64,000 nucleotides of DNA from Eubacteriales bacterium (GTDB lineage: Bacteria; Bacillota; Clostridia; Oscillospirales; CAG-272): positions 8,230-72,229 of the forward strand of contig JAZRFY010000027.1 in the NCBI GenBank assembly GCA_045643885.1, written 5' to 3'. The position numbers and the translations under genes were made by a program. Of this stretch, positions 38,400-47,734 are shown in pieces (within the stretch, counting starts at the first letter, position 1; each line of letters starts with the position of its first letter). The notes beneath the pieces are model-generated. The model saw nothing but the letters and a program-made list of their open reading frames with translations. It was not told where the DNA came from and made no database searches.

Positions 38400-41300
38400 T
38401 ATTTGCCTCCTTTACCGGTGTTTTTGAAAGTAGATGCCCTACATATTGACTTCATTCTGCAATATCTGCAGGGACTGTTATCTCCTTCACGAAGGGGAAT
38501 AGCATCAGCTTTGCCGTCCTTCAAGCTTTCGGCAACGCTTACGATTGTTTCTGAAAGCAAATCGTAGATTTCATCAAAGCTTTCTTCACTTGCAAGTCCC
38601 TTGCCGTAAATAGTGCCATCCTTTTTCTTTTTAGTGTGAGTGATAATATTTGTGTCAAGATCGTGATTTATAGCATAAAGAACGTCGGGATCATCGTTTA
38701 ATAAGCCACTTCTTGAAAATTCATTTTGAATAAGCTTTTCAATCTCATCACCGTCACAGAACTTGTCCACTGATACAACGGGAGCATTTGACGAGAGATA
38801 CTGTATGCCACCGGGCAAAATCTCGGTCGACTCATCTGCGCCAAACATTGCTCTTTGCTTGGGATTTTTAAGCTTGCAGATGGAGAAAAGATAAATAAGA
38901 AGCTGAGTGTTAAGACCGTTTTTGAGCTCCTCGAGTGAGAACTCCTTACTGCCTGTCTTATAGTCAACTATTCTGATATAAACCTTGTCATCCTTTTTAT
39001 ATGTGTCAACGCGGTCAGCGATTCCACGAAGAGTCAAAATACTGCCGTCGGCAAGATTGAATTCAAGAGCATCGATGCTGCCTTCGCCCATGCCCACCTT
39101 CAATTCAAAATGAGCAGGATAAAAGTCACTTGCCTTAAATTCGTTTATCAGATTCTTGACAATCATGAATGAAAGCTTGTTAAGACGGATAAAGAGATGC
39201 TTTGTTCTGTTTGAAAGGGCATAGTCCTCTCCAAGAAGCTCCGAAAGATATTTGCGAACCGTCTTTTTGAGAATCTCATCTATCTCGTCGTCGCTAAGCG
39301 TAAGGTTTAATGTGTTGGAGGAAGTAATCTCCTTCATAAACATCTCAAGGATATAGTGGATAAACGTTCCTATATCGTTGAGCTGGAAAGCAGCCTTTTT
39401 GGTTTCTCTGAGCTGCAAAACATAGGTGCAGTAGTAATCAAATCCACAAAGAACGTACTTTTCAAGTCTTGACTGAGTAAGAGAAAGTCTGCTTCCGAAA
39501 AGCTTTGTTGCAATATCCTTGTCGATGGAGCATTCCTTTTGAGAAACGGGGATTTCAAGACTTTTGATAAATCTTTGATTGTCGGTTGCAAGAATATCCT
39601 TGATAAATTTTGAGCCGTCCGCATTCTTGATTTGAGGATATAATGCTTTAGCGCTCTCTATATTCCATATCTTGTCTACGTATGAAAGCTTGTCCTCTTT
39701 GATTTCGTGCATGGTGGGGAAGAGCGCGTGAATTCTTTCGATAGCAATTGAATTTCTTTGCTCCTGACCGTCAGCGCGAAGTGAGGAATGTGTGATGATG
39801 AGCTTTGACTGTGGAGTTGCAAGGGCTCTGTACAAGTAGAAAAGCTCCTCGCTTGTTTTTACGTTTGCATTTGAAGAAAGCTCGATGTCAAGCCCCTCTA
39901 AAAGCTCCTTGTCACTGTCCGTAAAAATGCCGTTGTCCTTGACTGAGGCAGGGAATTCTCCCTCGTTAAGTCCCATAATGATGGCGGTTTTAACGTTTCC
40001 CGTTCTGAGCATTGAAGCCGAACCTATGGTCACCTCATCAGCAGACGTTGGGATCGTTCCAATATCACTTTCGGAGAACATAAGATTAAGTGCAGCAGCA
40101 AATTCTTCAATTTTTAGAGAACAGTCACCGACGGTTGAGGAAAGGTCATAGAGGATATTCAAAGTAAGAGAATAAAGCTTCATATCCTCGTCAGCAGCCT
40201 TTTTATTGCCCTCGGCAAGATGACTTGCACAGGATTGGCGAACCTTTTCGGTAATGCTTGAGCTTTTTAAAAATTCAAGTGTAGCCTGGCACATCTCCTT
40301 TACTGAGCTTGATGCATCAAGTCTTGTAAAGTAAAGTGAGAGGGCAGAGATTACCTTATCCTTTACGGAGTTTGCAATAGAAAGGATTCTTTCACCCCTA
40401 TGCGTCATATTCGCAGAATAGCCGTCAGGGTTCATGGTCCATTTTTCTTCAAAAAATTTATTTCCGTTAATATTCCATGTTGTAACGTAATCCTCAAAAA
40501 TATCAATATCAAAGGGATCAATGTCACAAAATCCCGATTTTAAGTGAGCAATAAGGTTTGATCCTTTAAAATTGCTTTCCTTTACCTTAAGGGCACTGAA
40601 AATAAACTTTGAAAGTGCCTTTGACATAAGGTCGGTTTTTTCACTCATAAAAAATGGGATTTCATATTTATCAAGTGAAACGTCAAGAATTCCTCTGTAT
40701 TTTTCACTGTCTCTTAAAATGATTGCAATGTCGTTATATCTTGCACCGTTTTCAATTTCCTTGCATATCAAGGTAGCAACGGTATCAGCCTCGGAATATG
40801 GAGTGTCGCAAAGATATAGCGAGATATCCTCACCGATTTCGTCATTGAACGGCTCAGCTTCAAAATTCCATACGTTGTTTTGAAGGTGCTTTATCGCCAT
40901 TGAATCGGTTCTTTGAATTTCATCAAGAAAAACCTCGTCATATTTTGCTGAGCTGATGCTCTTTTTAAGCTTTGACACAGTTTGTCTAAGGCTTTCAAGA
41001 TGGATGGATTTATCTCTTGGCGTTTTGATGGGAAGCGTAATATACAATTCATCGCAAAGCTCCGAGATCCTTACGATAAAATCAAGCTCTTGCTTGGTAA
41101 AGCCGGCAAATGAATCGAGATATACGTTCATGCCCTCAAAAATATTGTGCTCTTTAAGTATCTCAAGTGCCTTTGAGATATCGTCAGCCGAGTCGGAAAA
41201 TTTATCCGAAACCAAGGAGCAATAAGCCGAATATATAAGAGAAATATCTCTGAATTTCGAATACGCAGCACTGTCCGTATCCATTTTTGAGCAAGCAAGC

Positions 41301-41713
41301 TCAAGCTTTTTTGGGGATACGTTGTAGGCCTTAAGCTCCTGCACCGCAGAGAGCATTTTTGGTGTGAGTGAAAAATCACTCGGCTCACCCGTCTTGTATT
41401 CTTCGAGCATGGGAGCAAGCTCTCTTATCGTATTCCACATAAGGAGTGCCTTTGCTTGCTTTGTCGCAGTGTTGTAGGAAAGTCCACCGTAGGTTCTGAA
41501 GATTCTGTTGCAAAGACGTGAGAAGTTAAGCACCTCAATGTCAAGCTGAGCACTTGCGGGAAGGCTTGAAACGATAACGCGCTCCACTGCAACGGTTTCT
41601 TGCTCGGGCACTATAAAAAATGCTTTTTTGCCTTGCTTTACGTCTGATTCAAGGTATTTATAAAGTACGGTTGTTTTTCCCGAGCCACAAGGTCCGTAAA
41701 TAAAATGGATCAT
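38399..41713 (-). CDS. addB: ATP-dependent helicase/nuclease subunit B
   Basis: N-terminal GPCGSGKT. C-terminal nuclease VDYKTG plus Fe-S cysteines (CRYCRMKSIC). Overlaps the addA start by 1 nt. Confidence 0.9.
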   Translation of the reverse strand: MIHFIYGPCGSGKTTVLYKYLESDVKQGKKAFFIVPEQETVAVERVIVSSLPASAQLDIEVLNFSRLCNRIFRTYGGLSYNTATKQAKALLMWNTIRELAPMLEEYKTGEPSDFSLTPKMLSAVQELKAYNVSPKKLELACSKMDTDSAAYSKFRDISLIYSAYCSLVSDKFSDSADDISKALEILKEHNIFEGMNVYLDSFAGFTKQELDFIVRISELCDELYITLPIKTPRDKSIHLESLRQTVSKLKKSISSAKYDEVFLDEIQRTDSMAIKHLQNNVWNFEAEPFNDEIGEDISLYLCDTPYSEADTVATLICKEIENGARYNDIAIILRDSEKYRGILDVSLDKYEIPFFMSEKTDLMSKALSKFIFSALKVKESNFKGSNLIAHLKSGFCDIDPFDIDIFEDYVTTWNINGNKFFEEKWTMNPDGYSANMTHRGERILSIANSVKDKVISALSLYFTRLDASSSVKEMCQATLEFLKSSSITEKVRQSCASHLAEGNKKAADEDMKLYSLTLNILYDLSSTVGDCSLKIEEFAAALNLMFSESDIGTIPTSADEVTIGSASMLRTGNVKTAIIMGLNEGEFPASVKDNGIFTDSDKELLEGLDIELSSNANVKTSEELFYLYRALATPQSKLIITHSSLRADGQEQRNSIAIERIHALFPTMHEIKEDKLSYVDKIWNIESAKALYPQIKNADGSKFIKDILATDNQRFIKSLEIPVSQKECSIDKDIATKLFGSRLSLTQSRLEKYVLCGFDYYCTYVLQLRETKKAAFQLNDIGTFIHYILEMFMKEITSSNTLNLTLSDDEIDEILKKTVRKYLSELLGEDYALSNRTKHLFIRLNKLSFMIVKNLINEFKASDFYPAHFELKVGMGEGSIDALEFNLADGSILTLRGIADRVDTYKKDDKVYIRIVDYKTGSKEFSLEELKNGLNTQLLIYLFSICKLKNPKQRAMFGADESTEILPGGIQYLSSNAPVVSVDKFCDGDEIEKLIQNEFSRSGLLNDDPDVLYAINHDLDTNIITHTKKKKDGTIYGKGLASEESFDEIYDLLSETIVSVAESLKDGKADAIPLREGDNSPCRYCRMKSICRASTFKNTGKGGK

Positions 41714-41714
41714 A

Positions 41715-42533
41715 TCAGCTCTCCTTTCCTTCGATTATTCTGAGATTTCGCGATATTACCGACTTCCCACGCCATGAGTAAGCTCTTTTTGAAAATTGCT
41801 CGTCACTCATAGCCTCTATTTCGTGGCTATTTAAGGAGGTGGTAAGATCGTTTTTAAAAAATTCAATGCTTGTAAATATTGTGTTGTTTTTGATAGCGCT
41901 CTCGGTATAAGGACATACCTCCTGGCAAATGTCACATCCCCAAGCACATTTGCTTTCCTTTATCCTTCTTGCTTCTTCTTTATTAAGCTCTCCCTTTTTC
42001 TGAGTAAGGGATGAAAGACAAAGATCGATATCCGTCTTAACAGGACAAGATGAAATGCATTTTTTACAATCCATACAATGCTTGATTTCACTTGCCATTG
42101 AGGGAAGAGAAGCATCGGTGATTATCTCACCTAAGAAGACGTAAGAGGAATGCTTTTTGGTTATAAGTAAGTGATTTGTGCCGATAACGCCAAGACCTGC
42201 CTTGGCAGCAGCGTTTATTTCGTTGATGGGGGAGTGATCTGAAAATCCAGCAAAGGCATTTTCGGGATATTCCTTTTTCAGTGTTGAAATGACGTCTTCA
42301 AACAGTGATTTGAAAAAGAGATGATAATCCTTGCTCACGGCATAGGATGAAATATTGCGATTTTCCAAGGAGTCACGAGTGAGGTAGGGAACGGCAAAAA
42401 TTATGACCGAGCCGCTTGAAATACCGCATCTTTGCAAAAGGTGTGGACGCGTTATCTCACACTCTCCAAGCGAGAGAGAAGAAACAAGATCTATATTCAA
42501 TTTACCAAGCTCTTGCTTAACAAGGTTAATCAC
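41715..42533 (-). CDS. epoxyqueuosine reductase QueG-like protein (short form)
   Basis: SSYAVSKDYH...FSDHSPINEINAAAKAGLGVIGTNHLLI plus two 4Fe-4S motifs (CMDCKKCISSCP, CDICQEVCPY). GTG start at 42533, 6 nt after GAGGTGA. Confidence 0.6.
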   Translation of the reverse strand: MINLVKQELGKLNIDLVSSLSLGECEITRPHLLQRCGISSGSVIIFAVPYLTRDSLENRNISSYAVSKDYHLFFKSLFEDVISTLKKEYPENAFAGFSDHSPINEINAAAKAGLGVIGTNHLLITKKHSSYVFLGEIITDASLPSMASEIKHCMDCKKCISSCPVKTDIDLCLSSLTQKKGELNKEEARRIKESKCAWGCDICQEVCPYTESAIKNNTIFTSIEFFKNDLTTSLNSHEIEAMSDEQFSKRAYSWRGKSVISRNLRIIEGKES

Positions 42534-42612
42534 AAATATCACCTCAATCCAAGTATTTATACCCCTATTATAAACCAAAATCATAAAATTCTCAATAGAT
42601 TTTAGCAAAAAA

Positions 42613-42646
42613 TTTTAATATTTTTTATATATAAAAAATATTAAAA
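42613..42646. repeat. perfect 34-bp AT palindrome in a divergent promoter region
   Basis: ttttaatattttttata|tataaaaaatattaaaa. The 17-nt arms pair without mismatch. Confidence 0.85.
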
Positions 42647-42744
42647 AATATTCTAATGGATTTTTGGCATTTTTTTGTTCAAAAAAAATTCATATTTAAG
42701 GTATAAAATGGTTGGTAATTAATTTATATCTACGGAGACGTAAA

Positions 42745-43575
42745 ATGAACGATAGAAATATACTCGCATGCCCCGTGTGCAAGGCAGAGCTTGTCAAGGA
42801 AGAAAAAAGCTATTTTTGTAATGGTGCAAAGCGTCATTGCTTTGATATTTCCGCCTCAGGACACGCAAATCTTTGCCCCGGCAGATCAACGGGTGGTGAC
42901 GATAAACGCGCGGTAAGATCAAGAACCGATTTTTTGAATCTCGGATACTACGCGCCGATTTCAGATAAGATATGCGACATCCTCTCCGACCTTTCGGGAG
43001 AGTCATTCATTATAGATGCAGGATGTGGAGAAGGATACTATTCAAACAATATTGCAAGTAAGACAGGTGCTTGTGTGCTTGGCTTTGATCTTTCAAAGGA
43101 GGCAATTATTTCCGCCTCAAAAAGCGCACGCAGGAGTTGCCTTGACAATGCAAGATTTTTCGTGGGTGGTATATATGACCTTCCCGTAATTGACGGCGGT
43201 GCGGATGCCATTACAAATATCTTCGCTCCTTGCTCCGAGGAGGAGTTTTCAAGAGCCTTGAAAATTGACGGAAGACTTGTGGTTGTAACTGCGGGAAAGA
43301 ATCATCTTTTGGGGCTTAAAAAGGCTATCTACGACAACGTATACACAAACGACGAGCGTGCTGATATGCCAAAGAATATGCAGCTTGAAGAGAAGCATAC
43401 CGTTTCGTACGTTGCGACTATCGAGGGTGCAGATGCGGTAAGAAATCTCTTTTCCATGACGCCCTATAGCTATAGAACAAGCGAAAAGGATATGCAAAAG
43501 CTCAATGCTCTTACGTCGGTGACAACTGAAATAGAGGTTGACATTTTCGTTTACAGAAAGGTGGAGAAGGAATGA
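42745..43575 (+). CDS. RlmA-family 23S rRNA (guanine-N1)-methyltransferase
   Basis: N-terminal zinc motif CPVC...C...HC, then the SAM motif IIDAGCGEGYY. ATG follows GGAGA. Confidence 0.8.
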   Translation: MNDRNILACPVCKAELVKEEKSYFCNGAKRHCFDISASGHANLCPGRSTGGDDKRAVRSRTDFLNLGYYAPISDKICDILSDLSGESFIIDAGCGEGYYSNNIASKTGACVLGFDLSKEAIISASKSARRSCLDNARFFVGGIYDLPVIDGGADAITNIFAPCSEEEFSRALKIDGRLVVVTAGKNHLLGLKKAIYDNVYTNDERADMPKNMQLEEKHTVSYVATIEGADAVRNLFSMTPYSYRTSEKDMQKLNALTSVTTEIEVDIFVYRKVEKE

Positions 43576-44282
43576 TATCTATCTGTGTTCCAATGTATAA
43601 CGAAAGCTCCATCATCGAAAATACTGCAAGAGTACTTTTTGACTACATGTCAAAGCATTTCGGTGAGGATTTTGAAATAGTATTTTCCGACGATGGCAGC
43701 AGTGACGGCTCTGCTGATATAGTTAAAGCGTTGTCATTGCCCCGTGTCAGAGTTGTGGGCTATGAAAAAAATCAAGGCAAGGGATGTGCAGTCCGTCATG
43801 GAGTGCTTTCGACTGTCGGTGATATAGTCATCTTTACCGATGCCGACCTTGCTTACGGTGTTGAAGTGATTGAAAGTGCCATTTCTGAGATGAGAAGTGG
43901 CAAGTGCGACGTTTTGGTTGCATCCCGTGCCTCTCATCCGAGAGGATATGAGGGATATACTCCCATAAGAAAGCTTGCCTCAAGGGTGTATATAAAGATT
44001 CTCAATCTCTTTGGAGGCATTAAAATTTCGGACGCGCAATGTGGCTTTAAAGCATTTGACGGAGAAAAGGGAAGAAGAATCTTCTCCCTTTGCAAGACAA
44101 ATAACTTTGCCTTTGACCTTGAAGTGATTCTCTTTGCTCAAAAAATGGGATTTAAAATATACGAAATGCCAGCAATGATCGTCAATCATAGAGAGTCAAA
44201 GGTCAATGTTTTAAGAGATGCACCCAGAATGCTTAAAGAGGCAATGAGCATCAAAAAACGAGTAAAAAACACAAAAATCTGA
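43572..44282 (+). CDS. family 2 glycosyltransferase (polyprenyl-phosphate glycosyltransferase-like)
   Basis: ISICVPMYNE...SDDGSSDGS...TDADL. ATGA overlap with the upstream gene. Confidence 0.85.
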   Translation: MISICVPMYNESSIIENTARVLFDYMSKHFGEDFEIVFSDDGSSDGSADIVKALSLPRVRVVGYEKNQGKGCAVRHGVLSTVGDIVIFTDADLAYGVEVIESAISEMRSGKCDVLVASRASHPRGYEGYTPIRKLASRVYIKILNLFGGIKISDAQCGFKAFDGEKGRRIFSLCKTNNFAFDLEVILFAQKMGFKIYEMPAMIVNHRESKVNVLRDAPRMLKEAMSIKKRVKNTKI

Positions 44283-44419
44283 TTTTTTCTTGTCAAATAA
44301 TAGCACAAAACCGAAAATAACTTTATTATTTATTAATAAAATATAAAATTGCTATTGCAATTTAAAATGTTTTGTGGTAAAATCAGTTAAGAATATAAAA
44401 ATTTAACTTGGAGGCATAT

Positions 44420-47377
44420 ATGAATTTACAATGGATTCTCTTGGCGTTCTTCTTGGCTCATATGATCTGGGAGATCTTCATGGCTCTCACAAGACCGATG
44501 CATAGGAACGTTTTGAATCTTATAAGTATACCGGTCGCGTTTTTAATAGCATTTACCTTGCAGGTAATGGGCTTGTTCCAGGCTGGCGCAAACTGGTTGC
44601 TTGGCTTAGTTGAGCTTGAAAGCTATGTAGGACCTGAGCTCAGTGAATTTGCTGCAGCATATCTCAGCACAATACTCAGTCCCGCTCTCTTTGTCCTTGT
44701 TTACTGGATTATTATCTGGCTTGTAAGATTGATACACGTAAACCTCATTTCTAAATTTATCGAAAACAGACAGATCAAAAAGGAAAAGCGTTTGCTTAAG
44801 ATGGCAATCAAAGAGGAAAAGGTTCTTGTTAAAGAACTTGTTCGTGCCAATGAAGAAGAAGCAATGGCTCTCAGAGAGACACTCGAGCAGAATGGCTTCA
44901 ATCCCGATTTGATGGATGATTACGATATTCTCGATGAAGACGATATCGAGGATATGGTAGAGGATAGAGTAAAGCGTGAAAAGAGAGCAATCAAGAGACT
45001 TGGTTGGTTCAAGGAAAGTAAGGAAAAGAAATCAGTATCCATTATCGCAGGTGCTGTCAGCGGCTTCCTTGCATTTGCAATTGCTTTCATGCCCGTGTTC
45101 TACACGATGGGTGTGTTGTCAGACATCACTAAGTCCATAGATCACGAACATCCCGAGGATAACTACAATAAGATTTATCTTGCAATCGATTTCGTAGATG
45201 ACAATCTTGTCATTCCTTACGAATCAAGCTTTGTTTATCAGATATACGATAGCATGGGTCTTGTGGACCTCATGAACGGCACTGTAATGCTTGGCGGTCA
45301 GCTCATCGTTGACGGAGAAGTACAGTATGCTGATACGATTGGTAGAGACGTTCTTACAAACACCATTAAGGTTGTTACTCAGGTAATGTCCAATAATCCC
45401 AATCCCGAGGTTCTCAGAAATGCGTTGAACGGAATCATTACCGAGCCACTCCTTTTCTCATTCATCTACGATGCAATCGAGAAGATCATGGCTGATCAGG
45501 AGGTTCCTGACGATTATGACGAGTCCGACATCCTTTCAACTATCAAATATCAAATCATAGCAAACTACAAGGCTCCCACAGAGCCCACAATGCCTACACA
45601 GGATATGTTTGCTACTGAAGAAGAATATCAGGCAGCGCTTTTGCAGTATGAAAAGGATCTTGCTGATTATACAGCCAAAGCAGCAGCTTATAAGGAAATG
45701 CTTACAGGTGATATCGAGGCTTTGACAGACGTCATCGTTACCTTGGTTGAAAAGAAGCTTATTGCTGACCTTATCTCAGGAGCTAATGATTTCGACGCAT
45801 TGCTTTCTGATAAGGATAACATTAAGGACCTTCTTGGAACAATGTCCGGTCTTTCCGTTTATAACGTAGTAATGACTGGCGCATTTGATAGCGGTATCAA
45901 CATGATCGGTCCTATGCTTGGCGTTCCTGCTGATAAGCAGGCCGGTACTGATGCATTCATTTCGCAAATTATAAATGCTTCCAATAATGTTAGTGATATG
46001 AGCGCTGAGGACTTGGCAAGTCTTAAGACATTGTTTATTAACGCTGCAAGCGCAACGTATGCAGATAACAACACACTTCCTGCAGGTAGTATTTTGGCTT
46101 ATGTAGCCGATCCTCTTTACTCTGCAGAAAAGATTAAGGACGAGCTTAAGGAGTTGAAGGATCAGTTTGATTCCTACGATGCTCTTGCAACTGAATTGAA
46201 GGGATTGCAGGATAAGCTTGCATCCGGAACATCTCTTACAGCTGAAGAGCAGGCAAGACTTACTGAATTGCTTGAAATGCAGGATGAGCTTGGTTCACTT
46301 GCTTCCAAGGCGGATGAATTCAGTGCTTTGGTAGAAACCAAGGCTGACGAGGTAGAAGGCTTCATCTCTCAGTTTGAAGATAGACTTAAGGGCTTTACTC
46401 CTTTTGTAAACTACTTCCTCAACTGGATGAACGTTCAGAAACCCTTCATGCTTTCCGGTGTTGATACAACAAACGCTCCTCTCAGCATCATTGCCGGCGG
46501 ATCGGTTTACGTATGTAATACAGATAGCCTTAGCATCGACACATTGCTTGACTTTGCTTTAGGCGATGATTCCACTGAAGGTGATTCCACTAAAGGTGGC
46601 TCCACAGAAGGTGGCTCCACAGAAGGTGGATCAGATAGTGTAGATGATCTTTTGAATACAAAGGTTGATGATTTCCTTGACAAGATTCCTATGAGATCAT
46701 TGCTTGAATCCTTGACAATTAAAGAAAAGACTGAAGATGACGGCGTTGAGCTTTCACCCGTTGCAGACCTTATCAATTTCTTGATTGAAAAGTATGCAGA
46801 TTCAACAACCGGCAATATGTCACATGAAAACTTCACAACAGTTCTTTCCGGATTCGTTGCGATGAACGCTGAAAACGATTCTTATTCCGAAACGTTGGCA
46901 GCATCACTTATCTCCGGAGAATTCGAATATAACGGTGTTACTGTTGAAGAAATGAAGAGCTCCATGAAGTTCGGCGATGACTGGACAGAAGAGCTTAAGA
47001 AGAACGACAGTGAAAAGCTTGTTGATATTATCTTTACAATTATTGACCTTATGGGTGGTTTAGGCGGCTCTGAAGAAGAGGTTGCAGTTGCTTCTGAAGA
47101 TGAATTGGGAGCAATGATGGATATGCTTTCAATCCTTGGAAAGACACTCGATATCATGGCAGATACTTACTGTCTTGAAGAGCTTCCTCAGCTTATGCTT
47201 GAAGGTCTTTTGAAGAATGAAATGCTTAGCACAGTAATGACACCCACAATGCTCAACGATTATATGAGCCAGATGGAAGCTGAGGATTTCTCATACGAAA
47301 CATTTATGAACGACTTGGTTGAGAAGTTCACAGGCTTGCTTGACAAAGTGAACGGTGAGGGAGGTATCGAAGGATGA
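44420..47377 (+). CDS. large acidic membrane-anchored protein of unknown function
   Basis: ATG after GGAGG. N-terminal TM helices, coiled-coil-like charged segments, and an internal (D/G)ST(E/K)G x4 repeat. No enzymatic motif recognised. Confidence 0.7.
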   Translation: MNLQWILLAFFLAHMIWEIFMALTRPMHRNVLNLISIPVAFLIAFTLQVMGLFQAGANWLLGLVELESYVGPELSEFAAAYLSTILSPALFVLVYWIIIWLVRLIHVNLISKFIENRQIKKEKRLLKMAIKEEKVLVKELVRANEEEAMALRETLEQNGFNPDLMDDYDILDEDDIEDMVEDRVKREKRAIKRLGWFKESKEKKSVSIIAGAVSGFLAFAIAFMPVFYTMGVLSDITKSIDHEHPEDNYNKIYLAIDFVDDNLVIPYESSFVYQIYDSMGLVDLMNGTVMLGGQLIVDGEVQYADTIGRDVLTNTIKVVTQVMSNNPNPEVLRNALNGIITEPLLFSFIYDAIEKIMADQEVPDDYDESDILSTIKYQIIANYKAPTEPTMPTQDMFATEEEYQAALLQYEKDLADYTAKAAAYKEMLTGDIEALTDVIVTLVEKKLIADLISGANDFDALLSDKDNIKDLLGTMSGLSVYNVVMTGAFDSGINMIGPMLGVPADKQAGTDAFISQIINASNNVSDMSAEDLASLKTLFINAASATYADNNTLPAGSILAYVADPLYSAEKIKDELKELKDQFDSYDALATELKGLQDKLASGTSLTAEEQARLTELLEMQDELGSLASKADEFSALVETKADEVEGFISQFEDRLKGFTPFVNYFLNWMNVQKPFMLSGVDTTNAPLSIIAGGSVYVCNTDSLSIDTLLDFALGDDSTEGDSTKGGSTEGGSTEGGSDSVDDLLNTKVDDFLDKIPMRSLLESLTIKEKTEDDGVELSPVADLINFLIEKYADSTTGNMSHENFTTVLSGFVAMNAENDSYSETLAASLISGEFEYNGVTVEEMKSSMKFGDDWTEELKKNDSEKLVDIIFTIIDLMGGLGGSEEEVAVASEDELGAMMDMLSILGKTLDIMADTYCLEELPQLMLEGLLKNEMLSTVMTPTMLNDYMSQMEAEDFSYETFMNDLVEKFTGLLDKVNGEGGIEG

Positions 47378-47676
47378 AAAAGCTTTTGTGGAAATTGTTT
47401 ACCTTGATACTTTGCATCGGCATTTTGGCAGGTGGTGCTTATTTGAGCTACTATATGACTGACTTTGATGCTATCGTTAGTGACTTCAATGAGGTTATGG
47501 CAGCTCCTTGGATTTCCAATTTGGATATTGATTTCGGTGGTGAAGAAACACCTGATAGCGGTGAAGAAACACCCGACAACGGTGAAGAAACACCCGATAA
47601 CGGTGAAGAAACCCCCGATAGCGGTGAGGAAACACCTGATAATAGTGAGCAGAATCCCGAAGGATCTCAGGAATAA
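47374..47676 (+). CDS. small membrane-anchored protein with a GEETPD(S/N) x5 repeat tail
   Basis: ATGA overlap with the upstream gene. N-terminal TM segment LFTLILCIGILAGGAYLSYY. Confidence 0.65.
   Translation: MKKLLWKLFTLILCIGILAGGAYLSYYMTDFDAIVSDFNEVMAAPWISNLDIDFGGEETPDSGEETPDNGEETPDNGEETPDSGEETPDNSEQNPEGSQE
47539..47643 (+). repeat. 5 x 21-nt in-frame tandem repeat
   Basis: ggtgaagaaacacc(t/c)ga(t/c)a(g/a)c repeated head-to-tail. Confidence 0.9.
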
Positions 47677-47695
47677 ATCAAATAACAATAAAAAA

Positions 47696-47728
47696 GAACC
47701 GAGAAAATTCTCGGTTCTTTTGTTTTTT
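47696..47728. terminator. bidirectional terminator
   Basis: Stem gaaccgag-aaaatt-ctcggttc followed by a T-run, between convergent genes. Confidence 0.75.
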
Positions 47729-47734
47729 ATTTAA

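Noticed and set aside
47260-47688. 142-aa minus-strand ORF over the GEETPD repeat
   Set aside because: It is the reverse-complement reading of the 21-nt tandem repeat, which gives a repetitive FFT(A/V)IGC peptide. The sense gene has an ATGA-coupled start and a TM helix.
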